From positions 3,012 to 67,011 of the forward strand of contig PHDD01000005.1 of the NCBI GenBank assembly GCA_002840905.1: a DNA stretch of 64,000 nucleotides, read 5' to 3'. Under the pieces are notes generated by a model that did no database searches, was not told where the DNA came from, and saw nothing but the letters and a program-made list of their open reading frames with translations. This document shows, in pieces, positions 39,111 through 49,092 of the stretch. A program made the position numbers and the translations under genes. Source of the stretch: Bacteroidetes bacterium HGW-Bacteroidetes-4. Its GTDB lineage: Bacteria > Bacteroidota > Bacteroidia > Bacteroidales > SZUA-534. The number at the start of each line of letters is the position of its first letter. Positions within the stretch are counted from its first letter, which is position 1.

Positions 39111-40766
39111 GTGAACCTGAATAAACCAATTATTGTTGCCATGATGCTTACAAGCCTGATTTCAACTTCGTGTAGCCTAAAACAAAAAGCCGATGTAATT
39201 ATTAAAAATGCAAAAATATATACGGTCGATAATAATTTCACGGTTGTACAGGGAGCAGCTATTATCGATGGCGTGTTTGTTGCCGTTGGGCCCGACGCCA
39301 CAATTAACGCTCAATACTATTCTGATAAAGTAATCGATTTAAAGGGCAAATATGTTTATCCGGGATTTATTGATCCGCATTGTCATTTTTATGGTTATGG
39401 CATGACCCTTACCCAGGTCGATTTACGGGGATGCCAGTCGTATCAGGAAGTAGCCGAACGCTGCCAGAAACATTACAAAATCTACGGAGGCAAATGGATT
39501 ACCGGACGTGGCTGGGATCAGAACCTTTGGGAAACCAAAGAATTTCCCGACAAAGCTTTGCTCGACCAGTTATTTCCTGATATTCCGGTTATATTACGTC
39601 GGATTGACGGACACGCAGCCATTGCCAATTCAGCTGCGCTTAAAATTGCCGGAATCGATGCAGAAACTAAAATTCATGGGGGAAACCAGCTTATAAAAAA
39701 CAACGAACCCAGCGGACTTTTAATCGACAAGATGGTCGATTTGGTTTTGTCGTTTGTTCCTGAACCCACACCAGAAGAAGAAACCGCCGGATTGTTAGCT
39801 GCTCAGCAAAATTGTTTTGCTGTGGGTCTCACTTCGGTTGGCGATGCCGGGTTGCCTAAAGAAACGGTATTATTAATCGACAAGCTGAATAAAAGCAACC
39901 GCTTAAAGACCCGCATATATGCTATGCTGGAACCCAGCCAGGAAAACATCGAACATTTTGTAAAAAAAGGTTTTTACCAAACCAACCAACTCCATGTGCG
40001 TTCCATAAAACTTTATGCCGATGGGGCTTTGGGTTCAAGAGGAGCAGCCTTACTAGAACCCTATGCTGATGATCCGGAAAATTCAGGAATTATTGTTGAA
40101 CCCATCGATTCGCTCAAAGCCTGGTGCAATTTAGCCCATCAATACAATTATCAGGTAAACACGCATTGTATTGGCGATTCAGCCAACCGAATCATACTGA
40201 ACATTTATGGCGATATACTTAAAGGAAAAAACGATCGACGCTGGCGCATTGAACATGCACAGGTGGTAAATAAAGCCGATGTAAAACTATTCAAACAGCA
40301 TCAGATAATTCCAAGCATCCAAACTACCCATTGCACCTCCGATATGGCCTGGGCTCCCGACCGCCTGGGACCGAAACGCATTAGCGATGCTTACATCTGG
40401 CAGGATTTGTTGAATCAAAACAACTGGTTAATAAACGGCTCCGATTTTCCCATTGAGGATATTAATCCGCTTTATGGATTCTTTTCGGCCATTGCCCGCA
40501 CTGATTTTAATGGAAACCCCAAAGGCGGTTTTTACCCCAAACAAAAACTTTCCCGCGTTCAGACCCTTAAAAGCATGACCATTTGGGCTGCTCAGGGACA
40601 ATTTGAAGAAATGGTGAAAGGCAGCATTGAAAAAGGAAAATATGCTGATTTTGTGGTTACGGAACACGATATTATGTCGATTCCCGAACTGGAGATTCCA
40701 AATCTAACGATTGAACAGACCTGGATTGGAGGCGAATTGGTTTATTCTAATGCAAACCAACCTTAA
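39111..40766 (+). CDS. Amidohydrolase-family (Amidohydro_3, metal-dependent TIM-barrel hydrolase) lipoprotein
   Basis: 551 aa. The GTG start gives a lipoprotein signal (MMLTSLISTSC). Metal-binding motifs are GFIDPHCHF, later HCIGD and the C-terminal GSDFP. The substrate is unknown. Confidence 0.75.
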   Translation: MNLNKPIIVAMMLTSLISTSCSLKQKADVIIKNAKIYTVDNNFTVVQGAAIIDGVFVAVGPDATINAQYYSDKVIDLKGKYVYPGFIDPHCHFYGYGMTLTQVDLRGCQSYQEVAERCQKHYKIYGGKWITGRGWDQNLWETKEFPDKALLDQLFPDIPVILRRIDGHAAIANSAALKIAGIDAETKIHGGNQLIKNNEPSGLLIDKMVDLVLSFVPEPTPEEETAGLLAAQQNCFAVGLTSVGDAGLPKETVLLIDKLNKSNRLKTRIYAMLEPSQENIEHFVKKGFYQTNQLHVRSIKLYADGALGSRGAALLEPYADDPENSGIIVEPIDSLKAWCNLAHQYNYQVNTHCIGDSANRIILNIYGDILKGKNDRRWRIEHAQVVNKADVKLFKQHQIIPSIQTTHCTSDMAWAPDRLGPKRISDAYIWQDLLNQNNWLINGSDFPIEDINPLYGFFSAIARTDFNGNPKGGFYPKQKLSRVQTLKSMTIWAAQGQFEEMVKGSIEKGKYADFVVTEHDIMSIPELEIPNLTIEQTWIGGELVYSNANQP

Positions 40767-40781
40767 AGCCTGATTAGCCAG

Positions 40782-40970
40782 TTATTTCTTATGCGAACCG
40801 TCGCAAAATGGTTTGTTTGCCGATTTTCCGCAGCGGCATAAATATACTTTGTCCATAGTCGACAGCAATACCCCATCGACACCTTTAACAGTAAAGTTGC
40901 CTTCAATCAATAACGGGCCATTCTCAAATGCGGTAACTTTGGTTTTATTCTCTGGATTACTCATAAACAA
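40782..40970 (-). CDS. CDGSH iron-sulfur domain-containing protein
   Basis: 62 aa with CRCGKSANKPFCDGSHKK, the CDGSH 2Fe-2S motif C-x-C-x2-(S/T)-x3-P-x-C-D-G-(S/A/T)-H. Confidence 0.85.
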   Translation of the reverse strand: MFMSNPENKTKVTAFENGPLLIEGNFTVKGVDGVLLSTMDKVYLCRCGKSANKPFCDGSHKK

Positions 40971-40978
40971 TGTTTTAA

Positions 40979-41431
40979 TTAATTATCGGGAGCGAAACCG
41001 GCCTTATTGTGGGTTCCATCGCAAAAAGGTTGTTTTTTACTAAGTCCGCAGCGGCAAAACGAGGTAATGCTCTTTATTTCCTGAGTAGAACCATCGGGTT
41101 TAACCACGGTTAAACTTCCTTCAGCCAAAATAGGGCCATTGCGCATAATGTTAAAACTCACTTTTTCGGCTTGTGGCGGTTTGGTCGATGTCTGACCTTC
41201 AATTGCTCCTGCTGAAGTGTTTCTTTCGTATGTAAGTGCATCGGTTGGGCAACGTTCCACAATGTCAATTATCGCATCGGTCGAAGCCTGACTTATATCG
41301 ATCCAGGGCCTTCGCGAGGGATCGAAAACGCTGCGCAACTCCCTGAAACAGGTTCCGGCATGTACACATTCGCGAGGCTTCCAATGAACGGTTATTTCAC
41401 CGTTTGTATAACTTCTTTCGTTTTTATCCAT
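40979..41431 (-). CDS. Fusion of a divergent 4Fe-4S mono-cluster domain and a CDGSH domain
   Basis: 150 aa. The N-terminal part ITVHWKPRECVHAGTCFRE...VERCPTDALTY has 4 Cys and resembles Fer4_19. The C-terminal part is CRCGLSKKQPFCDGTHNK. The gene ends 8 nt before the next CDGSH gene start. Confidence 0.7.
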   Translation of the reverse strand: MDKNERSYTNGEITVHWKPRECVHAGTCFRELRSVFDPSRRPWIDISQASTDAIIDIVERCPTDALTYERNTSAGAIEGQTSTKPPQAEKVSFNIMRNGPILAEGSLTVVKPDGSTQEIKSITSFCRCGLSKKQPFCDGTHNKAGFAPDN

Positions 41432-41451
41432 GGTAATTTTTTTTGAATCTT

Positions 41452-41485
41452 AAAAAAAGAGGAGACAATATTTGTCTCCCTTTCT
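41452..41485 (-). terminator. Rho-independent terminator after the alanine dehydrogenase-family gene
   Basis: On the minus strand GGAGACA-AATAT-TGTCTCC (41479-41461) is followed by TC+T7. Confidence 0.7.
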
Positions 41486-41515
41486 GAGGTAAGAACAACC
41501 ATAATCCCAAATGGT

Positions 41516-42739
41516 TTAAAAGGCTATGGTTAATAAATTAATATCCTGAAACGGAAGGCCAAATCTACGCCCAATACTTTCTTTGGTTAAAACGCCATTG
41601 TACACATATATACCCGAACGCACACCAAAATTTTCTTTTATAATCTGATTAATTCCCCCTGCATTGCCAAGTTCAATAAGAATTTGGCCAAGTATGTTAC
41701 TCAGTGCATAGCTTGCCGTGCGCGCCACCCTCGACGGAATATTGGGTACACAATAATGTACAACCCCATGTTTACGGTAAACAGGATTCTTAAAACTGGT
41801 CATTTCTGAAGTTTCAAAACAGCCTCCCTGATCAATGCGCAAATCGATAATGACCGAATAAGGTTTCATTTGCTTAACGGTGTCTTCGCTAACAATAAAC
41901 GGATGTTCACCATGCTCAAGAGGAATGGCTCCGATAACCACATCAGCTGTTCGTAAGGCTTTGGCCACTACCCTGGGTTGCATTACCGAAGTAAAAAGGC
42001 GGGTTCCCAAGCGTTGTTGCACATCGCGTAAGCGATTCATCGACAAGTCGAAAACCTTGACAAATGCACCCAAACCCAATGCGGTACGGGCTGCAAATTC
42101 GCCTGCGGTTCCGGCTCCCAGAATAACCACATCGGTGGGACTGATTCCGCTGATTCCGCCTAACATTTCGCCTTTGCCATTATTCACATTACTCAGGTAT
42201 TCTGCAGCAATCAATACCGAAGTGGTGCCCGATATTTCCATCATACTTTGCACAACCGGATACACGCTGTCGTGCTGATCCATCAGAAACTCATAACCCA
42301 AAGCGGTAACCTTTTTTTCTTGCAGCTTTAGTACCATCTCTTTGGTTTGTGTACCCATCTGGAAAGTGGAAATAATTACCTGATTACCCGTTAACAGGTC
42401 AATTTCTTCGTTGTTTAAGGCGGCAACTTTTAAAATTACATCCGAAGCATAAATTTCTTTTTTTTGACTGACAATTCTTCCGCCTACTTCGCTGTACATT
42501 AAATCGTCGAAATTGGCCTGCCTGCCAGCTCCTTTTTCCACTATAACATCGTGGCCATGGTTTACCAATAGCTCAACGGCATGGGGAGCGAGTGCAACTC
42601 TGTTTTCGTCGGCTGCCGATTCTTTAGCCACGGCAATTCTTAGATTTTTTTTCTTTTTCCCTATTTCCAGCATTTCTTCCTGAGGCATCAACTGCTGTTT
42701 GCGCAGGGGAAAACCCGAACCCTCTGTATTACCCATCAT
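41516..42739 (-). CDS. ald: Alanine dehydrogenase / PNT-family NAD(H)-dependent dehydrogenase
   Basis: 407 aa with the AlaDH/PNT N-domain (ENRVALAPHAVELLVNHGHDVIVEKGAG), a Rossmann motif VVILGAGTAGEFAA and HYCVPNIPSRVARTASYAL. It has an N-terminal extension relative to classical Ald, so substrate assignment is tentative. Confidence 0.65.
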   Translation of the reverse strand: MMGNTEGSGFPLRKQQLMPQEEMLEIGKKKKNLRIAVAKESAADENRVALAPHAVELLVNHGHDVIVEKGAGRQANFDDLMYSEVGGRIVSQKKEIYASDVILKVAALNNEEIDLLTGNQVIISTFQMGTQTKEMVLKLQEKKVTALGYEFLMDQHDSVYPVVQSMMEISGTTSVLIAAEYLSNVNNGKGEMLGGISGISPTDVVILGAGTAGEFAARTALGLGAFVKVFDLSMNRLRDVQQRLGTRLFTSVMQPRVVAKALRTADVVIGAIPLEHGEHPFIVSEDTVKQMKPYSVIIDLRIDQGGCFETSEMTSFKNPVYRKHGVVHYCVPNIPSRVARTASYALSNILGQILIELGNAGGINQIIKENFGVRSGIYVYNGVLTKESIGRRFGLPFQDINLLTIAF

Positions 42740-42812
42740 TTTCGGAACAATTAAAATTATTGATCAACGAATTTAAACTAAAATTGCCATTTAATCAATA
42801 CAATATCGTTGC

Positions 42813-42848
42813 ACAACAAAAAGGCGTCCAAAAATTCGGACGCCCTTC
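42813..42848 (-). terminator. Rho-independent terminator after hppA
   Basis: GGCGTCC (42823-42829) / GGACGCC (42838-42844). On the minus strand it is followed by TTTTTGTTG. Confidence 0.75.
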
Positions 42849-42871
42849 GTTTGTTTGTTTTTGATATGAAT

Positions 42872-45220
42872 TTATTTTACAGGTATTCGCATACCATAGA
42901 ACGAGCGGTAAACAAAGTAAAGTCCAACGGCCAGAAAAGCGAAACCAATATACCGGGCTAACATGGCATTTCCGTTTGCAATTAATTCAATGGAAATTTC
43001 AGCGGCCAATAAACCAAACAGGGTCGAGAATTTAATGATTGGATTCAACGCAACCGATGCTGTATCTTTATACGGGTCACCAACAGTATCACCAACAACA
43101 GCTGCTTCGTGCAAGGGTGTATTTTTTTCTTTTAAATCAACCTCAACCACTTTTTTGGCATTATCCCAGGCTCCACCGGCATTTGCCATATACATAGCCT
43201 GGAACAAACCAAACACGGCGATACTAATCAGGTAAGCAACAAAAAAGTTGGGATCGATGAAAGCAAAAGCTAGAGTTAGTGCCAGGAGCACAAAGAAAAT
43301 ATTCCACATTCCCTGCTGAGCATACTGAGTACAGATACGTACCACACTTTTAGAGTCTTCGATATCGGCTGTTTCTTTATCGAGATTAATATTCTTTTTA
43401 ATGAACTCTACCGCACGATAAGCTCCGGTGGTCACCGCCTGAATTGATGCGCCAGAAAACCAGTAAATGACAGCACCTCCGGTAATAAATCCTAAAAGTA
43501 CCGGAGCATCGGTCAATTCAATACTCAACATTCCTGCTTTTTTTAGGATTAGAATTATGGAGAAAATCATTGTGGTTGCTCCAATAACTGCCGTTCCTAT
43601 CAATACGGGTTTCGCTGTTGCCTTAAAGGTGTTTCCGGCAGAATCGTTCGCTTCCAGGTTCTCTTTTCCACGAACAAAATCAGGAGTAAAACCAAAATCG
43701 CGTTCAATTTCCTTACTAATTCCATCAATTTTCTCAATTCTGCTCAATTCAAAAACTGATTGTGCGTTATCAGTTACCGGACCATAGCTGTCAACGGCAA
43801 TGGTAACCGGCCCCATACCCAAAAACCCAAAGGCAACCAATCCAAAAGCAAAAATTGAGGGATAAATCATATAGCCATCCAAACCGTATCCGCTTACCAG
43901 ATAAGAGATAAACATAAGCACAACAATGATAAACCCTTTCCAGAATGCACTGAAATTTCCGGCTACTATTCCCGATAAAATATTTAACGAAGCCCCTCCT
44001 TCACGCGATGCGATTACAATCTCCTGCACGTGGCGTGATTTTGAACTGGTAAAAGCTTTGGTAAATTCAGGAATAATGGCCGCAGCCAACGTACCACAAC
44101 TGATAATGGTTGCCAGTTTCCACCACAATCCGCCACCCAATTCGGGCAATAAAAAGTAACTGGCCAAAAAAGTAGCAATGATTGAAACAAGACTGGTTAT
44201 CCACACCAATGAAGTCAGAGGATTTTCAAAATTAAATTTTTCAGCATTTTTATATTTCGCAATAGAAATCTGATTGTTGATAACATACGACAGAATGGAA
44301 GTAATTACCATCAACAGTCGCATTACAAAAATCCAAACAATAAACGATGCCTGAAATTCAACACCGGTAACCGCCAAAACAATAAACGAAATTAGTGCTA
44401 CACCTGTAACACCGTAAGTTTCGAAACCATCAGCCGTAGGCCCAACAGAATCGCCTGCATTATCACCGGTACAATCGGCTATAACTCCCGGGTTACGCGG
44501 ATCGTCTTCACCAATGTTAAAGACAATTTTCATCAAATCGGCACCTATATCGGCTATTTTGGTAAAGATACCTCCCGCAATTCGCAGGGCTGAAGCGCCC
44601 AGCGACTCTCCAATGGCAAATCCCACAAAACTTGCTCCTGCATATTCACCCGGTACAAAAAGCAAGATGATTAGCATCATTAGTAATTCAACGGTGATAA
44701 GTAAAACGCCAACACTCATACCTGCCTGCAAGGGAATGTTTACTACTTCCCAGGGTTTTCCGCGAAGCGATGCGAACGATGTTCGGGCATTTGCCAGGGT
44801 ATTGATGCGTATGCCAAACCAGGCAACCCCATATGAACCTCCGATTCCTAAAACGGTCCATAATAAAATTAACAGCACCTTACTGAAACCCATATCGGCT
44901 AAACCTAAAAAATAATAAACAATAGCCGAACCAATGATTAAAAATAAAACGGTTATAAAACGGCCTTGTTGAAACAGGTAAGTCTTACAGGTTTCGTAAA
45001 TAATTTGAGCCACATCTAACATCGATTGGTGAGCCGGTAGTTTTTTAATTCGCAAAAATTGCCAGATACCAAAAAAGACACCAAATAAAATTACAATTAA
45101 GCCCCATAGTAATATTGACCGCCCCTCGCCCAGATTGGGAATTACCAAATCGGCCTCGCTGGCTTTAGTCAGGAAAGGTGGCAGAGCCATCAGCCCAAGT
45201 AGTAAAGTTTTCTTTTTCAT
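42872..45220 (-). CDS. hppA: Membrane-bound proton-translocating pyrophosphatase (Lys-type, K+-independent signature)
   Basis: 782 aa and highly polytopic, with the M-PPase motifs GDNAGD, DSYGPVTDNA, GDTVGDPYKDT and GNTFKATAKP. An N-terminal signal-like segment is present. Confidence 0.9.
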   Translation of the reverse strand: MKKKTLLLGLMALPPFLTKASEADLVIPNLGEGRSILLWGLIVILFGVFFGIWQFLRIKKLPAHQSMLDVAQIIYETCKTYLFQQGRFITVLFLIIGSAIVYYFLGLADMGFSKVLLILLWTVLGIGGSYGVAWFGIRINTLANARTSFASLRGKPWEVVNIPLQAGMSVGVLLITVELLMMLIILLFVPGEYAGASFVGFAIGESLGASALRIAGGIFTKIADIGADLMKIVFNIGEDDPRNPGVIADCTGDNAGDSVGPTADGFETYGVTGVALISFIVLAVTGVEFQASFIVWIFVMRLLMVITSILSYVINNQISIAKYKNAEKFNFENPLTSLVWITSLVSIIATFLASYFLLPELGGGLWWKLATIISCGTLAAAIIPEFTKAFTSSKSRHVQEIVIASREGGASLNILSGIVAGNFSAFWKGFIIVVLMFISYLVSGYGLDGYMIYPSIFAFGLVAFGFLGMGPVTIAVDSYGPVTDNAQSVFELSRIEKIDGISKEIERDFGFTPDFVRGKENLEANDSAGNTFKATAKPVLIGTAVIGATTMIFSIILILKKAGMLSIELTDAPVLLGFITGGAVIYWFSGASIQAVTTGAYRAVEFIKKNINLDKETADIEDSKSVVRICTQYAQQGMWNIFFVLLALTLAFAFIDPNFFVAYLISIAVFGLFQAMYMANAGGAWDNAKKVVEVDLKEKNTPLHEAAVVGDTVGDPYKDTASVALNPIIKFSTLFGLLAAEISIELIANGNAMLARYIGFAFLAVGLYFVYRSFYGMRIPVK

Positions 45221-45783
45221 AAAATGTTTGAATTTAGGTTTAGTGTTAAGGCAAAATTATGCTTTGAAACCTGAACAAAAAAAATACTGCGTAACATTCT
45301 CTTGTTTTTATGCTACATAAATTTATATTTGTATTGGGGGAGTATTTTTTAAAGTTGGTCCCAAACTACCTGAAACACCCCTTTTTCAAACAAAACATTC
45401 AAAAACGAATTTTTATAAATGGCTGTATTACTGTTGATTAACAAATAACTGACAATTGTCATGTTTTTCTCTGAGTAATATTTTCTCTTACCTCTCAATA
45501 TGGTCTATTAAACAAGAATCCGGAACATTGGGTTCGTTAAAACAGATTTTACATGCTCTACAATATAGTTTTGGTGATCGGGAAAACAAAAAAAACAGGG
45601 CCAAATAAGGTATTTTACAACATCAAAAAAACAAAATGCTGATAAACTGAATCTTAAGCATTCGGTTTTTGATAAGCCCGATAAATAATAATACATAGTT
45701 TATATTGTAGGATACATACCATAAACACCCCTCCGCTTTCTTAAATTAACTTTGATGCAATCAATTCGAACTATTTTACAACT

Positions 45784-48700
45784 ATGAAGAAATTATTTTA
45801 CCTCTTATTCTGCCTATTCATTTTAAACACAACTTTAACAGCGCAAATGCTGGCCGACTTTGAAACAACAGAAACCATCCCTGTTTTTACAGCCGAAGGA
45901 ACAACCGCTGTTGTTGACAACCCGGATAAAAGCGGTATTAATCTCAGCGAGAAAGTTGGATATTATGAAAAAATTGCCGGGAACTGGCATTATGTTACCA
46001 TGCATTTTCCCGATTCAGTAAATATTGGCTTCAACAATACCCTTACTTTTAAATTACGAAGCAGCACACAGGGACGCATTTTTGCTAAATTCTGGATTAA
46101 CGATCAAATACTTATCGAAGAATGGGCCCCAACATATGAATTCAGACCTTTACCCAATGTATGGACGGAATGCAAAATGGATTTGACCCCTGCCATGGGA
46201 AAAGATTTTACCAAATTGGAATTGGCTGCGGCGGTCGATAATGAAGAAGCGGCAGAGGTATATTTTGACGACGTGCAACTCTCAAACCCTGATGCAGGAA
46301 CAGGAGAACCTAAAGCCGTTTTTTCGGTGACAGACAATTCTGTGCTGGTTGGCGATTCCATTGTGTTCGATGCATCCGCTTCCTTTGATTATGATGGAGA
46401 AATAAGCGAATACCTGTGGGATTTTGGCGACGGAACCACCAAAACAGGCAAGGTGGTTAAGTATGCCTTTACAAGCGACTCCGTTTTTAAGGTAACTTTA
46501 AAACTAACCGACAACGAAGGAAAATCGGCTGTTGCCAGCAATTACATTTTTGTTTTTTCTGAAACAAATAAAATCAGTAGCCTGACTTTTATAACAAAAA
46601 ATGCCGCAACCAATAAAAAAATTGAAGCCATTTTCCAAATAAACAAAACCTATACGAATGTTTACAATCCCGACGAAGTTTCAGTTGATGCCACAATAAC
46701 CCTACCCGATGGACAAACATTTACGATTCCGGCCTTTTATTACGAAGACCAGAAATTTGAAAACACCTCGTGGGTAAGTAACGAGAGTTACCAGGCCTGG
46801 ATGATTCGTTTTATAACCGACCAGGCCGGTTCGCACAAGGTTAACCTTGCCTTAACTGATTCCGATGGAACATTGGTAACCAAAACCTTTGAAGTAAATG
46901 TAACCAGTGGCAGCAGCAAAGGAATTATTCGGAACGATGCAAATAATAATCAATATTACAGACACAGTACAGGCGAGCCTTTTTATCCTTTAGGTATAAA
47001 CATTGGCTGGAACAACATCGAAAACTATACCACAACTATCAATAACCTGACTCAGGGAAAAGCCAATATTTTTCGCTATTGGCATACCCCTTTTGCCAAT
47101 CAGGCACTTGAATGGAAAAAAACCAACTTTTACGACGGATTGGGTTTTTATAGCCAGAATGCTGCTGCCATGAGCGATTCTCTGTTAAATTTATGCGAGG
47201 CTAACGATTTTTACATGCAGTTGGCAATTTTCCAGCACGGCATGTTTTCTGAAAACGTGAACGAAATGTGGGCCGATAATCCCTACAATAAAATAAACGG
47301 AGGTTTTGTCGATCGTGCTGAAGAATACTTTTACAATACAGAGTGCAAAACACAAACTAAAAAATTATTACGCTATATTGTGGCTCGCTGGGGCTATTCA
47401 AAAAATCTTTTTGCCTGGGAATTTTTTAACGAAGTACAGTTTACCGGCATTCACAACAGCCAAACTGCCGCCTGGTATCCAGGAGTTCTGAACTGGCACT
47501 TGGAAATGAGTGAGTACATTGCAGCAATCGATCCCTTTAACCATATACAAACTACCAGTGCCGAGAACTCACAATTGTTTGATTTGGACACCATTCCCGA
47601 ACTCGATGTTTTGCAATACCATTTATATTCAGGAAATTTATTAAACCAACAGGCTGAGCTCGATTTTTATTTTAAGAACAACTTGAAAAACAAATCAATT
47701 ATTAATGGAGAATACGGAACCAATCAGGAAGCTGATGTTCCCATCGACATGCAACGCCACGCAATATGGAATGGAATAATGACACAGATTCCTCGATACA
47801 TGTGGATTTGGAAACATTACCTTGATCTTTCGTGGGCAGCCTTATTCACCATGCCAGCTCAATACCTGCAGGAAGAAGACTTTGCGAGTTATCAGGACTT
47901 GACCGATTTCAACTTCTCAGTTTTTCACCCCACTAAAACTTTTTCAAATCACGGTTTATCGGCCAATCAGAATTTTTATGGGTATTTATTCGATCCCAAT
48001 AATGGAACTAACATCAGCGGTGCAGAATTGGTTTTGAAAAATATTCCTTTTGCCAATTACAACCTGATTTTCTATCTTCCGGAATCGGGTAAAATTGACA
48101 CACTTGAAAACATGGCATTAATTAAGCTGACCAATAAAATTACGCTTCCGCATTTTAATAAAGGATTGGCTTATAAAATAAAATTTGCATCGGCATACAC
48201 CAAACCCATTGCCCTTGCCGGAAACGACACCACTGTTTCGCCCGGAACTTCTATTTTGTTAAGCGGTACTCAAAGCTTTGGACAAACAGGCAATGAACTA
48301 AGCTATGCCTGGGCAATTGAACAAAAACCCAACAACAGCAGCCTGGCAATTTCAAATTCAACTAACGAAGCCATAACTGTTGTTCCCGATGTGAGTGGTA
48401 TTTATAAAATAAGCCTAACCGTTAACGATGGTGAGCAAAGCAGTGTTCCCGATGTAATAACCATTACCGTTTCTAATCCGCCGGTTGCGGTTTTAGTCAG
48501 CGATACAACCCTAAGCATGGAATCGTCATACTTTTATATTGATGGAACAAAAAGTTACGACTCCGATGGCGATCCATTATCTTACAACTGGGAACTTATT
48601 TCGTATCCGGAAAAAAGTAAAGGAAACTTGTATCAACTGACTGCTCCTACCTCTATTTTAAGAATTGATGCAGAAGGAACCTATGTGGTGGAACTTACAG

Positions 48701-49032
48701 TTAGCGATGGCATCTCGAAAAGCTCACCGGCAGAAATGGTTATTACAGCAATCAGAACTACCATTACAGGCGAAGAATCAAAACCAGAGATTTGCCTGTT
48801 TCCGAACCCAAGCCGGGGAGAATTACATATTGTTTCAACACAAAACCCCTTGAAACAAATTGCTCTTTTCGATTTATCGGGCCGTTTACTGGGTGAATAC
48901 AAACCCGACATAAACAGCTATGAATACCATTTGAACACCCGGGATTTAAATATTCAGAACAGTGTTTTGATGGTTCGAATAAGCGACAATAAAAACAACA
49001 CCATTAATAAATTAGTGCTAATTGTTCAATAG
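45784..49032 (+). CDS. T9SS-secreted multidomain glycoside hydrolase: CBM-like, PKD, Ig-like (DUF5060-like), clan GH-A catalytic domain, two PKD-like domains, T9SS CTD
   Basis: 1082 aa with a signal peptide and a PKD motif WDFGDGTT. A clan GH-A (GH5-like) acid/base motif FAWEFFNEV and a nucleophile-like motif IINGEYG are present. Two Ig/PKD-like repeats follow (LSYAWAIEQKP..., LSYNWELISYP...). The C-terminal sorting domain is LFPNPSRGELHI...SVLMVRI. Confidence 0.7.
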   Translation: MKKLFYLLFCLFILNTTLTAQMLADFETTETIPVFTAEGTTAVVDNPDKSGINLSEKVGYYEKIAGNWHYVTMHFPDSVNIGFNNTLTFKLRSSTQGRIFAKFWINDQILIEEWAPTYEFRPLPNVWTECKMDLTPAMGKDFTKLELAAAVDNEEAAEVYFDDVQLSNPDAGTGEPKAVFSVTDNSVLVGDSIVFDASASFDYDGEISEYLWDFGDGTTKTGKVVKYAFTSDSVFKVTLKLTDNEGKSAVASNYIFVFSETNKISSLTFITKNAATNKKIEAIFQINKTYTNVYNPDEVSVDATITLPDGQTFTIPAFYYEDQKFENTSWVSNESYQAWMIRFITDQAGSHKVNLALTDSDGTLVTKTFEVNVTSGSSKGIIRNDANNNQYYRHSTGEPFYPLGINIGWNNIENYTTTINNLTQGKANIFRYWHTPFANQALEWKKTNFYDGLGFYSQNAAAMSDSLLNLCEANDFYMQLAIFQHGMFSENVNEMWADNPYNKINGGFVDRAEEYFYNTECKTQTKKLLRYIVARWGYSKNLFAWEFFNEVQFTGIHNSQTAAWYPGVLNWHLEMSEYIAAIDPFNHIQTTSAENSQLFDLDTIPELDVLQYHLYSGNLLNQQAELDFYFKNNLKNKSIINGEYGTNQEADVPIDMQRHAIWNGIMTQIPRYMWIWKHYLDLSWAALFTMPAQYLQEEDFASYQDLTDFNFSVFHPTKTFSNHGLSANQNFYGYLFDPNNGTNISGAELVLKNIPFANYNLIFYLPESGKIDTLENMALIKLTNKITLPHFNKGLAYKIKFASAYTKPIALAGNDTTVSPGTSILLSGTQSFGQTGNELSYAWAIEQKPNNSSLAISNSTNEAITVVPDVSGIYKISLTVNDGEQSSVPDVITITVSNPPVAVLVSDTTLSMESSYFYIDGTKSYDSDGDPLSYNWELISYPEKSKGNLYQLTAPTSILRIDAEGTYVVELTVSDGISKSSPAEMVITAIRTTITGEESKPEICLFPNPSRGELHIVSTQNPLKQIALFDLSGRLLGEYKPDINSYEYHLNTRDLNIQNSVLMVRISDNKNNTINKLVLIVQ

Positions 49033-49051
49033 TTAATTATTTTGTATTAAG

Positions 49052-49092
49052 CAGCGGTTACCCTCACTCAGGTAATCGCTGTTTCAATTTTT
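49052..49092. terminator. Hairpin terminator between the convergent glycoside hydrolase and acyltransferase genes
   Basis: An 11-bp stem CAGCGGTTACC (49052-49062) / GGTAATCGCTG (49071-49081) with one G-U pair, followed by TTTCAATTTTT. Confidence 0.6.

Noticed and set aside
42963-44915. Five antisense ORFs (77-133 aa) inside hppA
   Set aside because: The hppA sense frame is unambiguous with conserved M-PPase motifs. The antisense frames are Pro/Ser/Ala-rich artefacts of the Gly/Ala/Val-rich membrane protein codons.
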